Assembly: GCF_963506605.1 (NCBI RefSeq)
Contig: NC_083276.1
Location: 104,408,001 to 104,472,000, forward strand
DNA: 64,000 nucleotides
Direction: 5' to 3'
Source of the DNA: Zootoca vivipara
Taxonomy: Eukaryota
This document shows positions 1-12,835 of the stretch, in pieces (the stretch's first letter is position 1; each line of letters begins with the position of its first letter). The notes beneath the pieces were generated by a model. It saw nothing but the letters and a program-made list of their open reading frames with translations. It searched no databases and was not told the DNA's origin. Position numbers and translations under genes: made by a program.

Positions 1-653
1 TCCACTCAAGAACATAGGTTTGTGGGTCGTCGTCCTCACCGCTCAGATATGTATACTTTTGGGGGATATGTGTGTGCACACATTGCTTATGTAGACAGAC
101 ACAGGTGGCAAACATACTTTCAATGATTACAAATTATCACTGTACAATGTTTTGCATTTAGTGAGATTTCAAAGCCCGTTACTTTGGCACACGAATGAAT
201 ATTGCAGCTACAGTACAATCTTCTGGCAAGATCTGCTGCTTTTATTCCCCCCCCTTTATTCTCTCTCTCTCTCCCCCCACCCCACCCCCGCTTCTTCTCT
301 TGTCCCCTCGTTTGGAAGCTTCTCGCTTTGATTTCTTTAGACCTCACCATATGAAGCTTTCCTCACAACTTAAGTTTAAATCCATATTTTTGCACGGGGA
401 AAAGAAAAACTGGGGAGGGGGGAGGTACCATAAATTATGCTGGATCTGATGTGTAAGAAGGTGAGATGTTCAAAGAGTTAATCCTTTTGAATAAACTTTC
501 CACAGATGAGGTGCTGTAGATACATCTTGTTCCTCACACAAAGGCAAACAGGTTACAAATGTGACTTCAAGCTTCGTTCACTGCAGTCTTCAACGTACGT
601 CACGAGGACAAAATTCAGCAGCAATTTCAGCTTCACTTACACTAGATATGTCA

Positions 654-655
<2 letters not shown>

Positions 656-695
<40 letters not shown>
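656..695. repeat. (GT)n microsatellite
   Basis: About 20 perfect GT units; explains the poly-VC/HT ORFs. Confidence 0.98.
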
Positions 696-702
<7 letters not shown>

Positions 703-2916
703 CAGATATATAGATATTTTCCAAGGCAAGAATTTCTAGACATAGTTTGAAATGGGGGAGGAGAGTGATTAGAAGGAGAGAGAAAAGGCAACCACAGATA
801 CTTCTAATGTTTAGTAATCCTTGAAAATCATATATAAAAACACACACACACCCTTTTGTGTTTGGATTTTTAGTTTCCATGTTACACCAGAGCAGACGAC
901 TAATATAAGATTTACAGACTCCTGGCAAAGGTTAGGGAAGTTGTGGAGACACAGGTGAATTATACATTTCAGTGATTTGTTTCTTTTATTTTATTTATCA
1001 CGTTGAGCAGATAAACAGACCCATATAGCCACACAAAAGCTCATTGTTGCAAAGGAATGAGTCCCATTTAAAAACAATCAGTGGAACAAATAATCAGCTG
1101 AAATCAGTTTGTACATCAGATATCATCATTTCCGTTAGCATGCCTCAGATTTTGACTGGAAATAAATAGCATATATATCAATCAGCAGGTGAGAATTTGC
1201 GGCCAGATAACTTTTAACATTTTAGCTACCTTCATTATTTTGTTTTGTTTTTGCGTAGGAGAGGCACACAAAACCCAAAATTAGAGATGACTAATTTCCC
1301 AGACGTGTTTGGATACTGCCAATTTGGATTGTTTTATAGCATTATAGCAGGATGGGGGAGTCCACATGTTTGTTTGGGGTTTTTAATCAAGGGCATCAAG
1401 AATGTAGAAAATCAAATTTTACCTTTGATGTACTTAAAAAAAAATGCCTCACAGTAGTCAAACTGTATTAAAAGGTAGTTTTCACTCTCCCTCTCTGTAC
1501 CACATACACACACAAATTAGAACTGAACAGTAAATAAGCAACATAATTTTTTTTAATCTGCTAAACTCTTAAGAAGCATCAGCTAATTTCTCTCCTTTGA
1601 AGTGTACATTGGGAAGCAGCCTCCAAGTATATCTATTGAATTTATATGTATGCATGTATTCTATATATATACAGAATACATACATACACACATAGATGGA
1701 GGCTGCATCTCAATGTACAATTTAGGGATATCAACCAATTGATACTTCTTAAGAGTTTAGTATTTGAAACAACAACGCCTGTTCATGTTATTCACTTCCC
1801 AGTTTTAATTCTATTAAGCATTTTTTTTACGTACTACCAAAACCTTCACAGCACGCCTGCAAACTTTATTCAGGATTTTTGCCAGAGTTTCCATTCGGCG
1901 AAATCATTCTTCTTCATTCTCCCCAGCATATTCTCTCTCTCTCTCCCCCCCCCCATTTGCTCAATCATTGCAGGAAAACAAGAGGGTTGGCGAAGTTAAA
2001 CTTCAGGCGATGCAGTGGGACAAATAAATAAATAAATAAACAAATAACTCTCCCAGTTTTGGATAAAGCAGGTGGACAGTTTGTATGACAGTGCTTTTGA
2101 TTTGTACATGCTTTGGGTTCAGATTAAGATTCCCCCGAAACAGCATGCTCAATTCTGTAAATGGAGGAGGCGTGTGGCGGTGGGGTGGGGGTGGGAAGAG
2201 TGAGGAGGATCTGTGCATTATTTATTTATGGCTGTTCATGTCTATAGCACAAATTAATCACCTCTGATACTGCCAACGTAACCAAGCTGCAGCTCTTACT
2301 GGAGACTCATCAGACTTGCTCCATTAAATACTACATACCGCAAATCAAAGTTTTCATCGCTCGAGTCAAAGGCACAACAACATATTTTAGTGTCACTTTT
2401 GTTGATCTTAACATAGCTCCTTATAAACCCTGCTTTTGTGCACTCTTCCTCCTTCTGTTTTGTTTGGAGGTGTGTGTGTGTTTCTGTAATTTTTCCTTCT
2501 TTTCCGTTGTTGTTTTTTTTGGGGGGGGGAGGCAGCAGGCTTGTCACAGCACATATCAGTAAGGAAAATCTCAGTAATGACAGATTGACTAATCCTCAGT
2601 GAAGTGATGCTACAGCACTTTCAAATGTCTCTCTACATATGTTGCTTGTGCCCCTACTGTAAACATATTACATGAAAGTCAATCCTATTCAAATCAGTGA
2701 GAGTCAAAAAAAATAATCTCCCTAAGCACCCGGGTGCACAAACACACAGCCCTCCTGGATTCATCCTCCTCCCTCAGTGTGGGAAAGGGGTGCTCAGTGG
2801 GTGGGTGGAAACCCATACAGTACTGAGAATCAATGGGTAAGTGTGGGGCACTTGCCTTTGCTCCAAAACTATGTACAGATTTGGGTCTGTCCACATGTTT
2901 TTCGTCTAATTGACAT

Positions 2917-3000
2917 TGCAATCCTATGCATGTTTACTCAGAAGTAAGTCCCTCTGTGTTCAGTGGGGCTTATTTCCTAGCAAGTGTGTTTAGGATTGCA
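2917..3000. mobile_element. Short palindromic squamate repeat (~85-bp MITE-like hairpin element)
   Basis: Termini TGCAATCCTA/TAGGATTGCA and internal GTAAGTCCC...GGGGCTTAT symmetry; decayed relatives near 14860, 31550, 34790 and 49500. Confidence 0.7.
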
Positions 3001-3814
3001 GCCAAATCCTTTAATAATTTGCCTGGCTTTTGCTTCTGTCCTTTGCAAAGTGCCTGTGATGAGCCGCAGGCTCTCCTGACTATTTCATTCCCGTTTGCTT
3101 TAGGAGATTTTCATTCAGAAAGTTGGTGGTCGGCCTGAAGAAAGCACATCATTCTCTTTTGTTTTAAACCTGGACCCCATGTTCAAATGAAAATGAGATG
3201 AAGACCAAGGAAGGGTATCTTGATCGCTTATTCCATAGTTGGGCCTCTTTCAGCCTTTAAAAAGAGGAATAAATAAATCCTCCAGTGGGTTGCAAAAGAA
3301 ACAGACAGACATGCTTTCAAGGAAGCACAGTATTCTACAACCATTGCTTTTTCTATTTATAAAGGCTGCTATTTTTAGAATGGAATAATTTTTTTTGTGT
3401 GTGGAGGGGCAAGAGATGCTATGTGAAGGAGCTGTTTCCAGGTTCAAAAGCCTATTTACATACTACAGCATGGTTCTCGTTTGCAACTGGCGTGGAACAA
3501 CACTTTTGCCAGCATAATGTCAAGTGGGGTTATACAGGGTTATACTGCATCACTAGACACAGCAGACGTAGCAGCTGTAAAATGGCAACGAGAAATATCC
3601 AACTAGATATGCCTGTCCTTCGACTACAACAGCTTGAAAACATTCCCCTTATTGCCCCATCTAAGGATCATTTAGTACACTGAAGCATTATGCACTATGC
3701 AACTTCCAGCTCATTCAGATATAATACGTGTCATGACACCTGCACTCAGAGAACACCCTTCTTCTTCTTCACTACACAACGGCCAAATACACTACTCTGG
3801 ATTCAGGAGTCTAA

Positions 3815-4117
3815 GGTCTCATCCACCCTATGCATTTAAAGCACTCTTTATACCATTTTAACAGTCAAGGCTTCTCTCAAAGTAGCCTAAGAACTGTAGT
3901 TTATTAAGGGTGCTGAGAGCTGTTAGAAGATCCCAATTGCCCCTCAGAGAACTACAATTCCCAGAATTCTCTGAGAAAAGAGATTGATTGTTGAACAACT
4001 CTGAGAGCTGCAGCTCTGTGAGGGGGTCCTCTAACAACTCTCAGCATCCTTAATAAGCTACAGTTCCCAGGACTATTTTGTTGCAGGAGCCACGACTGTT
4101 CAAGTGATATAACAGAG
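3815..4117. mobile_element. Palindromic (foldback) non-autonomous DNA transposon, lizard type
   Basis: 3891-3927 is the imperfect reverse complement of 4030-4066, with further inner symmetry; fragments near 42705-42800 and 61780-61840. Confidence 0.75.
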
Positions 4118-4316
4118 CCCAGGTGGAAGAGTGGGGCAAAAGAAAAAGAACCATCAAGGTATTTATTTGTTAAAAATATTCAAATATGAGCCATACGGGA
4201 AAGTAAACAAACTCCACCCACCCCCCAAGACATTAACAGTCCACTGGTTGTTATCTGTTCACATTACTGAATCCCAATGATACATTGGCATAAAGCCCAA
4301 TATCTTTCACTGGCAC

Positions 4317-4343
4317 CTGAAGAAGTGTGCATGCACACGAAAG
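4317..4343 (+). mobile_element. Penelope-like fragment with truncated hammerhead core
   Basis: CTGAAGAAGTGTGCATGCACACGAAAG is identical to 14700-14726 and stops before the cleavage site. Confidence 0.8.
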
Positions 4344-4604
4344 TGTTAGCATAAATCCTCTACATGGCACAGATGCTAACATGTGACTATTGTTTACTTC
4401 ATGTGACTGTATTGTTCCCCACGCAGGACCCTGGCTGTAACCCGACTCCTGTCATGTGATGTTCATTGTTCCTCACTTTCCTTTCGCTTTCACCGAGAGC
4501 AGATGGCTGCTTGCATCTGTCTCTTTAATAAATTAGTTTTGCAACTAATAAAAATGTGTACTGGAAAGCCGCATCGCAAGAATACTGGGCATTCCCTTAT
4601 GGAC
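4344..4604 (+). mobile_element. Possible LTR fragment
   Basis: Starts TGTTAGC abruptly at the Penelope break; three CATGTGA..ATTGTT repeats and two AATAAA; right end and TSD not resolved. Confidence 0.35.
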
Positions 4605-5697
4605 ATCCTTGCCGGGGCCACATGGTAGTGGTGGGCGAGCCAGAGGCCAAAGGGGGAGGAGCAATGAATATAAATTTTATACAAGTAGGCTGGCTTCCAC
4701 ACATACCCCTTTCTATCCTCCATCCAGGTGAACATGAAACAGACTTCAAGGACACAATCTAGGTGGGCAAACAGCCCCGTGAAGGGTATAAAGCTGGACT
4801 AGTTAAGGGTGTGGCCTGGGGAGCGTGTGTGACCTGGAGAGCCTTCCAAGGGCCAGGTATAGGGCTCTGGAGGGCCACATTCCACCTCCATGCCCGAGGT
4901 TCCCCATTTCTGGAACAGAACTATTCAACAGTAGTCAAAATGTAGTTATTTAATTCTAACATCATCAAATATCATTAACCTGCTGCATGCTGGACAACTG
5001 ACAGGTAGCGAGTGAAAGAGGGAGACGGCCACGAGAAAGGCAGTGTAATAACGGCTTTAAATAATGCATAAATAAATGTGCACTGAGATGTGGCTAGGGA
5101 TGTGCAGACACCCCCTCTGGAACGTTATACAAGAGCTCTGCCTTCCGTCAGTCAAGCTTGCACTTCAGGAGCGGAAATTGCAGCAATACAACAGCAGATC
5201 TGACTGTCTCCTCTCATTGAAAAGATAGACACAGAGCAAGCCAGGATGCCTCCTAGGATGAGACTCTTGCTGACAACAGAAGGTTAGTTTCACAAGCTGC
5301 AGATGAGTTTTTCTGGCTGCATGCCCAGCAAATTTGCTAGGATCTCTGGACTCAGCAAGGGAACTGAACCCTGGGATGGATGCAATGAGAAGGAGAAACA
5401 TGCAGTCCTGCTTGTGGAGTAGGCAGGAAAATCTGGTCTCCCATTGCAGTCCATTAGCTAAAAAGGTGACCTCTACACCTTTCTCGTTTTGCAGAAATAG
5501 GCCAGGAGAGCCCACAGCCTTCTGCAAATGGTTGATGCCACATATAATCCAAACATGTGAAGGCAAAGCATAAGGAAGCCAACTGGTCCATTTGGCCCAC
5601 ATTGTTCAGCCTGCCAGTCCCACACCCTCAACACCTTCACTTACAATGAGATGTCTGTGATGGGGAATGTATGCATGCACAACTGAACATGCACAGG

Positions 5698-6222
5698 TGT
5701 CAGGGACTGGCTGGACGAAGAGGGATGATGGGAGACATCAGCCGGGGAACCCCCAAGGGAAACCCCAGAGGAGGGAGGCTCAGAGCCAGGGGGTTGGTGG
5801 TGGCACACTGAGGAGAAGTCAGAGGGAGAAGATTGGGAGAAAGGGCTGGATGCCAAAGCAGCAACAGGGTTTAGTGATCAGGAAGAGCCTGTGGCAGGGA
5901 GCAGTTCAGACTCAGAAGCTGAAGCAGAGGATGGGGTGGGGCAGGTCAAGAGACTGCTAAAGAATGCAAAGACTCTCCCTCTCCTGCTGCGACAAGCTCC
6001 CCTTCCCCCTGAACTCCAAGAACATGCAAGTAACGAGGAGGGCATAAAGGTGACGAGAGGTGCACAGATGGAAGTTGGGAAACATCCGGGAGAGCAGGAG
6101 CCTTAGAAATGGTGGAAGGCAGGGAAGTGTTGCTGAGTTGTCTGCCATTTCCTTGAACCAAGAGTTAACTTCACTGACAACAGAGCCTTGCTTCAGACCT
6201 GTGTCTGACTCCAGCCCTGACA
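5698..6222 (+). mobile_element. Solo LTR (Gypsy/ERV-like), 525 bp
   Basis: TG...CA ends with inverted termini TGTCAGGG/CCCTGACA; flanked by ACAGG/ATAGG (5-bp TSD, 1 mismatch); purine-rich body; strand tentative. Confidence 0.8.
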
Positions 6223-7622
6223 ATAGGTTCTTCATACAATTGGGAATCCTGATCCTGCAGGATTCCCTAATGCATGGATATCCTGCTCAATGTATGTCAG
6301 GCAGGTCACGTCTGGGCCAAGGTCAGCCCAACTCCACCTTCATACAATTGTGGCGTCAGCCTTGTGAACAAATATTTCATGCCTGGACCAGTCAACAAAT
6401 GGCAATCAAGATCATTTCCAGATAAACATACAACACCCCACAATCTCTGAATTCAAAGTGACCCCTGTGTTGCTTTTTTATGTGCAGATTTCAGTTTGCA
6501 CTTGAGATCAACATGAGCAATATACTTCATCCATGTGTTGGATCTGATGGAAGATTATGCAAAATAAATCATATCACAACTGTTTGTAGCTCAATGGCAA
6601 TATGACCAAGCCGAGCAGATCTATAGCCTGAAGCATAGCACGATCTGATCCTTTCCTTTGGTTGGTACTCAATGGAAATGAAATGTTGATCATTTTATTT
6701 TGTATTGTCCTGGATTCATTATTTCCAGAACAAGGCTTATATAATTTTCATTAACAACACAGCACTAGAAAATATTCAGTATGCAATGGCAGTAGCTTTT
6801 TATTTTTATTTATTTTTGCTCTGTGCATTAACTTACCTGCATAGCTTTTCTCCTCCCAAAGTCTCTTATGTTCTTAAAAAGTATAGGAGGAGAAAAGTTG
6901 TGTAAGCATGTATATGTATTAATGAACGTGGAAGTTCAGAATGCATACTTTTCTTCTGGCACTCAACCATCATGGCTAGTGTTCCTTGGCTCGGAAATTA
7001 ATATCGGAACAAAATTTATAAATTGGACACATTTTCATGCCAACCTCCACAGCACAAATTTACTTCTCTTTCAAAAAGGATGAAAGGGAATAAATGTAAT
7101 GGAAGCCTACTGTCTCATGCACGTTCCCATGGCAGCATAGCAGGCTTGAGAGTCATCAGACAGTGAGGGGCGAAAACAGACACAGAGAATGGGGGATGCT
7201 GGATCTCACACATGGAATCACATCAGACAGAAAGAAAAAGGGGCAAGCAAGCTGATGTTGTACAATGTGCGGTAACTTATCCAAAGTGTGAGGTGACTGA
7301 AGGAGGGAATTAGTGTTTCCGGAAACTTGCACAATTCTTTATTGTGTTCTTATTATGAAAATTCATTGCACATACCATCATCCATTCCCCTCGTTAGTTT
7401 TCCTTGTACACTTTCGGCTGGTCTCAAACAGCACCTTCCCTATTTTTATCGGTTTTCACTAGAGATGAGCTGAAATTTCTCAGAAGCCTTTTTTCCCTGA
7501 TAAAATTGCTTAAATTACTATTATTTTCTTTCTCTCCCTACCCCTCCCTCTCTCACACACACCTTTTAGGGGGGGGGAGACTATTTTTCAGAATTTTCTC
7601 ACATATTCTGTGTTGGCTACCT

Positions 7623-8270
7623 CAGTGTTTCTCAACCTTTTTTGGGCCACGGCACACTTGTTCCGTGAAAAAAATCACGAGGCACACCACCATTAAAAAA
7701 GTTTAAAAAATTAACTCTGTGCCGCCCTATATTATAATTATGACTGTAAGAAACACTTGCCAAATATTGCTTTCCGGCGGGTCAGCGCTGCCGAGTTCTT
7801 AAAAGATCCGGGTTTCTGATCCACCCCACCCGACCTCGCCGTCCCGTATCTTACCCTGTGCGTGTTCTCGGACTTGTGAGAGGACAATTTGGTCTTCATG
7901 CCTCCGTGAATTAGCAACAAACTACCTTTTGAATGATGGAGATTGAATATTTTAAAAGTAGCTACTTGAAGTCTGCTCGATTTTCCAAAAAAGAGACACA
8001 CATGCGGCACTATTAGCTGCTGGGGGCTGCCATCTTGGCTAAAGGATTCTGGGATGATCCTGTCACGTGAGGCATGGGGAAAATGGAAATAATGAAAGCT
8101 GATTGGTCTGTGGAAACTAGAAGGGGCGAAGAAATAGGACGCCCAGGGAGGTGGAGTTTGCAGCTGCAAAATCACCCTTCTCGTCGCCGCACGTCGCCGC
8201 ACGTCGCGGCACACCAGCCAGCGTCTCGCGGCACACTAGTGTGCCGTGGAACAGTGGTTGAGAAACGCTG
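7623..8270. mobile_element. Non-autonomous hAT (Charlie-like) DNA transposon, 648 bp
   Basis: TIRs CAGTGTTTCTCAACC/GGTTGAGAAACGCTG; perfect 8-bp TSD GGCTACCT (7615-7622, 8271-8278); CpG retained. Confidence 0.93.
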
Positions 8271-8531
8271 GGCTACCTGACCAAAATTCTACATCTTCCA
8301 CAATGGCCTCAGCCTAGTGTCATTCTGCAAAAAAGAGAAAAAACTTTGTACGTATGTGTGTTTCACTGAAATATCGAATAACCATTCCATATAGATAGTA
8401 CACTATGGAATACCCTCCCCAGGGAGGTGTGCATGGCACAAACCTTCCTGTCATTTATGAACCAGACATTTAAAAAATAAAATAAAATAAATTCACCTAG
8501 GCATCTGAAAACAGTTGTTCGTCAGTACCAC

Positions 8532-8532
<1 letters not shown>

Positions 8533-8577
<45 letters not shown>

Positions 8578-8590
8578 AACAACAACAACA
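8533..8590. repeat. (CTG)n(CAA)n compound microsatellite
   Basis: About 15 TGC units followed by AAC units; source of the poly-Q/L/S ORFs. Confidence 0.95.
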
Positions 8591-9815
8591 AACCTTCAAC
8601 AAAAAGAAGGAAAGTGGGGCTACTGCCACTGCTAATGCTGAACCCCACTTTTTTGGGGGGGGTTTGAAGGTTTGCCCCTGTTGTTGTTGCTGCTGCTGCT
8701 GCAAGTGGTACTGGAAAACAACTGTGTTGGCTACCTGTCCAAAATTCTACATCTTCCACAATGCCCTCAGCCTAGTGTCATTCTGCCAAAAAGAAAAGAA
8801 GAGGAATGAAGAGAGTGGAGCAAAGAGAGACAAGATGAAGGAGCCTTAGGCTGCTAGAGAAGGACCATGGGGAGGAGCCTGAGAGAGTAGTGGAAGGTGG
8901 GGACTTTCAGTCCTCACAACTGCCTCATTGGGGCAAAACCTGCTGGGAAGAGTTGCTGTGATCACTAGGCCTGAGCTGTTTGCTTCTTTGAATAAAGAAT
9001 TAACTACACCAACACCTTGTGAGTCATTGCTCCCGACTCCTGCCATGACAGTTCACCTCACCAACACCAAACCATGCAGCCAATCTCCTATCTGACTTCA
9101 CAAATGGTATTGCCCTTGGGAAACTCTGAGGAACACCAACCTACATTTTCTCCTGCTTTGAACCTATGCTGACTGCACATATTTTTACATATAAACTGAT
9201 GAGATCCTTACATTGCTGCTTCTTTTATGCATGAATTAAGGTCAAGTTGTGTTTGTCTATCATTTCTGATTTTAGCACACAGTACTAGAGTCTCTGTATG
9301 TGGTATGAGCAAACATCATATTATTTACTGCAAGCAAAATAGCATGCCTTGATCTGGCATAACATTTCAGGTCTTTTTCCTTGAATGTTGCTACTTATGT
9401 TAGTTTTGGGTTCCTGCCAAGATTTATGAACTTGCTAAAGTATCTTTCATGTATTGGCTGCCTAAACTCAAGATACGACGCCTGGGGTTACTTTTGTATA
9501 GCCCCGCCATTGTCCATCATCTGGGTTCGAGTCAGTGGGAAACCAAAACAAATTGCACTCCAAATTACAGTTTTACCTGTGGGAAGGAAACTTCTGAATG
9601 TTAATTTGTTGTGAATGCGCTGCAATATAATGACCTAATCTGCTTTTATCTTGTATTTAAACAACACGGTGCACAGCAAGCTTGCCCCGAAACAATATTT
9701 CAGCTTTTACAGAATTCAAAGTTCCCAACACAGTACTGTAGAACTTGTGGCTGCTACAAAATTCCTAAAAGCTACTTGGAAGGTACTCCTGATTAGTAAT
9801 GGGAGGGGAGAAGTA

Positions 9816-10136
9816 CAGTGGAACCTCGGTTTATGAACACCTCGGTTTACGAATTTTCAGTTTACGAATGCCGCGGACCCATCTGGAACGGATTAATTCA
9901 CTTTCCATTACTTTCAATGGGAAAGTTTGTTTCAGTTTATGAACGCTTCAGTTTATGAACAGACTTCTGGAACCAATTACACCCATGCTTCGGGTTAAGT
10001 ACGCTTCAGGTTGAGTACTCCGCGGACCCGTCTGGAACGGATTAATCCACTTTTCATTATTTTCAATGGGAAAGTTCGCTTCAGTTTATGAACAGACTTC
10101 CGGAACCAATTGTGTTCATAAACCAAGGTACCACTG
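9816..10136 (+). mobile_element. Tc1/mariner-pogo (Tigger-like) MITE, family A
   Basis: TA TSD; TIRs CAGTGGAACCTCGGTTTATGAACAC/TGTTCATAAACCAAGGTACCACTG; internal ~150-bp tandem duplication; related copy at 42001. Confidence 0.92.
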
Positions 10137-12792
10137 TAGTATATGCTACACAGCTGCACAAAATGGAACATACAAGATTATTCCTCCATCTAGCTGAGAA
10201 TTGTAAATTCCAGCCTTCCCCAATCTGCTGCCCTCTAGATGTACAAGTCCTGTTAGCCCTGACCATAATGGATGAAGCTGATGGTAGTTCTAGTCCAAAA
10301 CAGCTGGAGGGCACAGGTTGGAAAAGGATGGTCTACTCTCACCAGCAGTAACTGTTCAGCGGCTCCAATCACCTGCTACCTGTTCCTTTTTACTGGAGAT
10401 GCTGCGGACTGAATTTTGACCCTTCAGTATTCAGTCTGCCACTGAAGGATGGTCCGTCTGTGTAGATTTTTCATTTGTGTGCACAATGCTGACCAGCTGC
10501 AGTGGGTTGTGGTTTCCCAACAGATGTGCACTGAGAGATACATGCAGTTGTGGGGAAATCTACAGATGGAGAAATATAGCCCATGTCCTCTCAGTAATGG
10601 ATGCAGAAAATCCAAATGGCTCCACCACAGTAGGAAAGCATGTTTCGTTTTTGTTTTTACACACAATTAAAGAGTAGTGCATGGTCAATTATTTTGTTAT
10701 CGCTTCTTATTTGCTCTTTAATGTTCTCCCCAAATGTACTCCCTCATGTGGGGCCACTGCATCCTGCCTGATGGTAAGGTAAGCTCACATTTCACCAACT
10801 ACATGTGGGCTTTCTGATAAATTACGGCGCAGAAATATACCCATTTCTTTAGTACATTTGTATTCCAGCTTTCATCCAAAGCGTTCACCTCTTCCCAATG
10901 CCTTCCATATAGACAAGCATGCTCTGTGTGAACTGGAGCAGCTCTTGTTCCTCCTTCACAAATCCAAATATGAATATTAGAGAGCACTTGTTGAGTTATT
11001 TAAATAAGCAGGACATCAATTGAAGCCCACCTCAGTGGCAAAACAAGGCTACCCTCAACGGTGGCCACCATACCATGTGACATTTGGTTGGTATCCTAAC
11101 AGGCTTCTGCCTTCTATAATAAAATGTCCTGTGAGAATGTGAGTGCAGCATTCCCACTCCATGAATGTTTCACTGAATCCATCCATGGGTCCCTGGATTT
11201 GTGGTTTTAACTAGGTGCAAAGAAGCGGAGAGTCTATTAATTGCAAAATTAAGAAAGAAGCTGTTTGTTACTCAGATTAATAGATAATGAACAAAAATTT
11301 ATTTTATTCATCTGGGTAACAAACAGCTTCTTTCAAAAGTCCATATTGGGACTGACAAACACAGGGGAGGCAAAACCTCCTCCTATTTTTTAATATTTAC
11401 AAAGTCTAGTAACAAAACAACTGGATGTGTGCATTGTTGGGTTTGGGGTTTGATGCCTGGAAAATCTCTCAAGTTCTAATATGAAGTTCTAAATGAGCAG
11501 AAAAGTTATTGGGGATATGCAGGCAGATGGCCGATAAAGACCTGACTCATTGATCAATCTAGAATGTTTTCACTTACAAATACAGTGCTTTGACTTTGGG
11601 GCATGCTGAGAGGTATATCTATGCAGACTGATACAGAGGCTTACAAGGAAAGAGAGTCAAAGGATGTGTTGGAAGAAACACATTTTAGTTAGGTGATTAT
11701 TGTGCTTTTCATTATTCAGAGCCTCGAATCAAAATTTATTCTCACATAAATATAAATCAGAATAAATTTATTTAGTTTAATAGCTCTCCATAGTAAGTAT
11801 GACTGTTGACAAGGCAGTGACCATCTTTCCTTCTAAGTTCCTGTGTTGTGTTGTAAATCTGAAAAGATTAATGCTACCTGGTCCCAGGCAAAAGGACATC
11901 GGTCACATTTCAGCACTGTTGAAATTGACTGGACAGGTTAGTCCCGGTTTAGACACTGAGCAGACACCCGTCTTCTATTGGGGCTGTCGCAATCAGGCAA
12001 ATGGCAGCAGACACAACACTTGTTCCTATGTGGAAGTGCTGATTCATAGCTCCAAGGAATCTCCACTGGGTCATGGATGTGCTTGCAGCCCCAGTTGCTC
12101 CCACAGGCAATAACATGGGGCCTGTCAAATATCTGAGCCAAACCAGAAGTGAAGACTAATTTAAGCCCCATTGATTCCAGTGGGAATCAATAACTTTATA
12201 ACTTTATGGAATTAGAGGGAGTAGATTGGATCAAAAAGCGGGGTTGGCAGAGAAAAGCAGAATAAATCCATGGCAGCAGAAGGACCATCGACATGGGCAT
12301 TCCTAGACCTGTTACTCCACTCCACCATTGTAACTTGCTTCTTCACCCACCTAAATAACAGGGTGTGAATGAGAAGCAGCAGAGGCCACTGCCTGCTTGT
12401 TCACTGGCTGTCTGCCTAGCAAGAAAGCTAGTAGTAGCAACAATGAAGAAGAAGAGTAGCAACAATGAAGAAGAAGTGAGCATCAGGAGCAACTGGTAAT
12501 AATGGTGGTGAGGAGATAAACTCATTGAGGAAGGAGGGTAGGCCCACAGAATATGTCTTGCTCAAGGTCCCTTTGAAACCTGAAGGCAGCATTGCTCATT
12601 CCAGGTAGCAAAAGTCTAAAGTAGATAGTGCAATCTACTTAGGCCCACACAGAGAGGGTTTGCATGCTATGGGCAGTGGTGTACTTGAGTATTTTTAGAC
12701 TCCGAACTTAAAGGTCTTACATGTCATACTGAGTAATATACACACCCCACAGTTATTTACATTGGGTGATTGGGGCACAAATGTCTGGGAAA

Positions 12793-12835
12793 CCCACACA
12801 TCTCATTTATTTCCCACACATCTCATTTATTTCCC
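12793..12835. repeat. Perfect 20-bp tandem duplication
   Basis: CCCACACATCTCATTTATTT x2. Confidence 0.95.

Noticed and set aside
1-115. Minus-strand open frame MFATCVCLHKQ...YLSGEDDDPQTYVLEW running off the window edge
   Set aside because: Only 38 codons visible, no recognisable protein, and expected by chance
8493-8849. Poly-Q/poly-L/poly-S ORFs
   Set aside because: Translations of a CTG/CAA microsatellite with no exon context
9816-10136. Short spaced repeats resembling a CRISPR array
   Set aside because: Eukaryotic MITE subterminal repeats bounded by TIRs and a TA TSD; no unique spacers or cas genes
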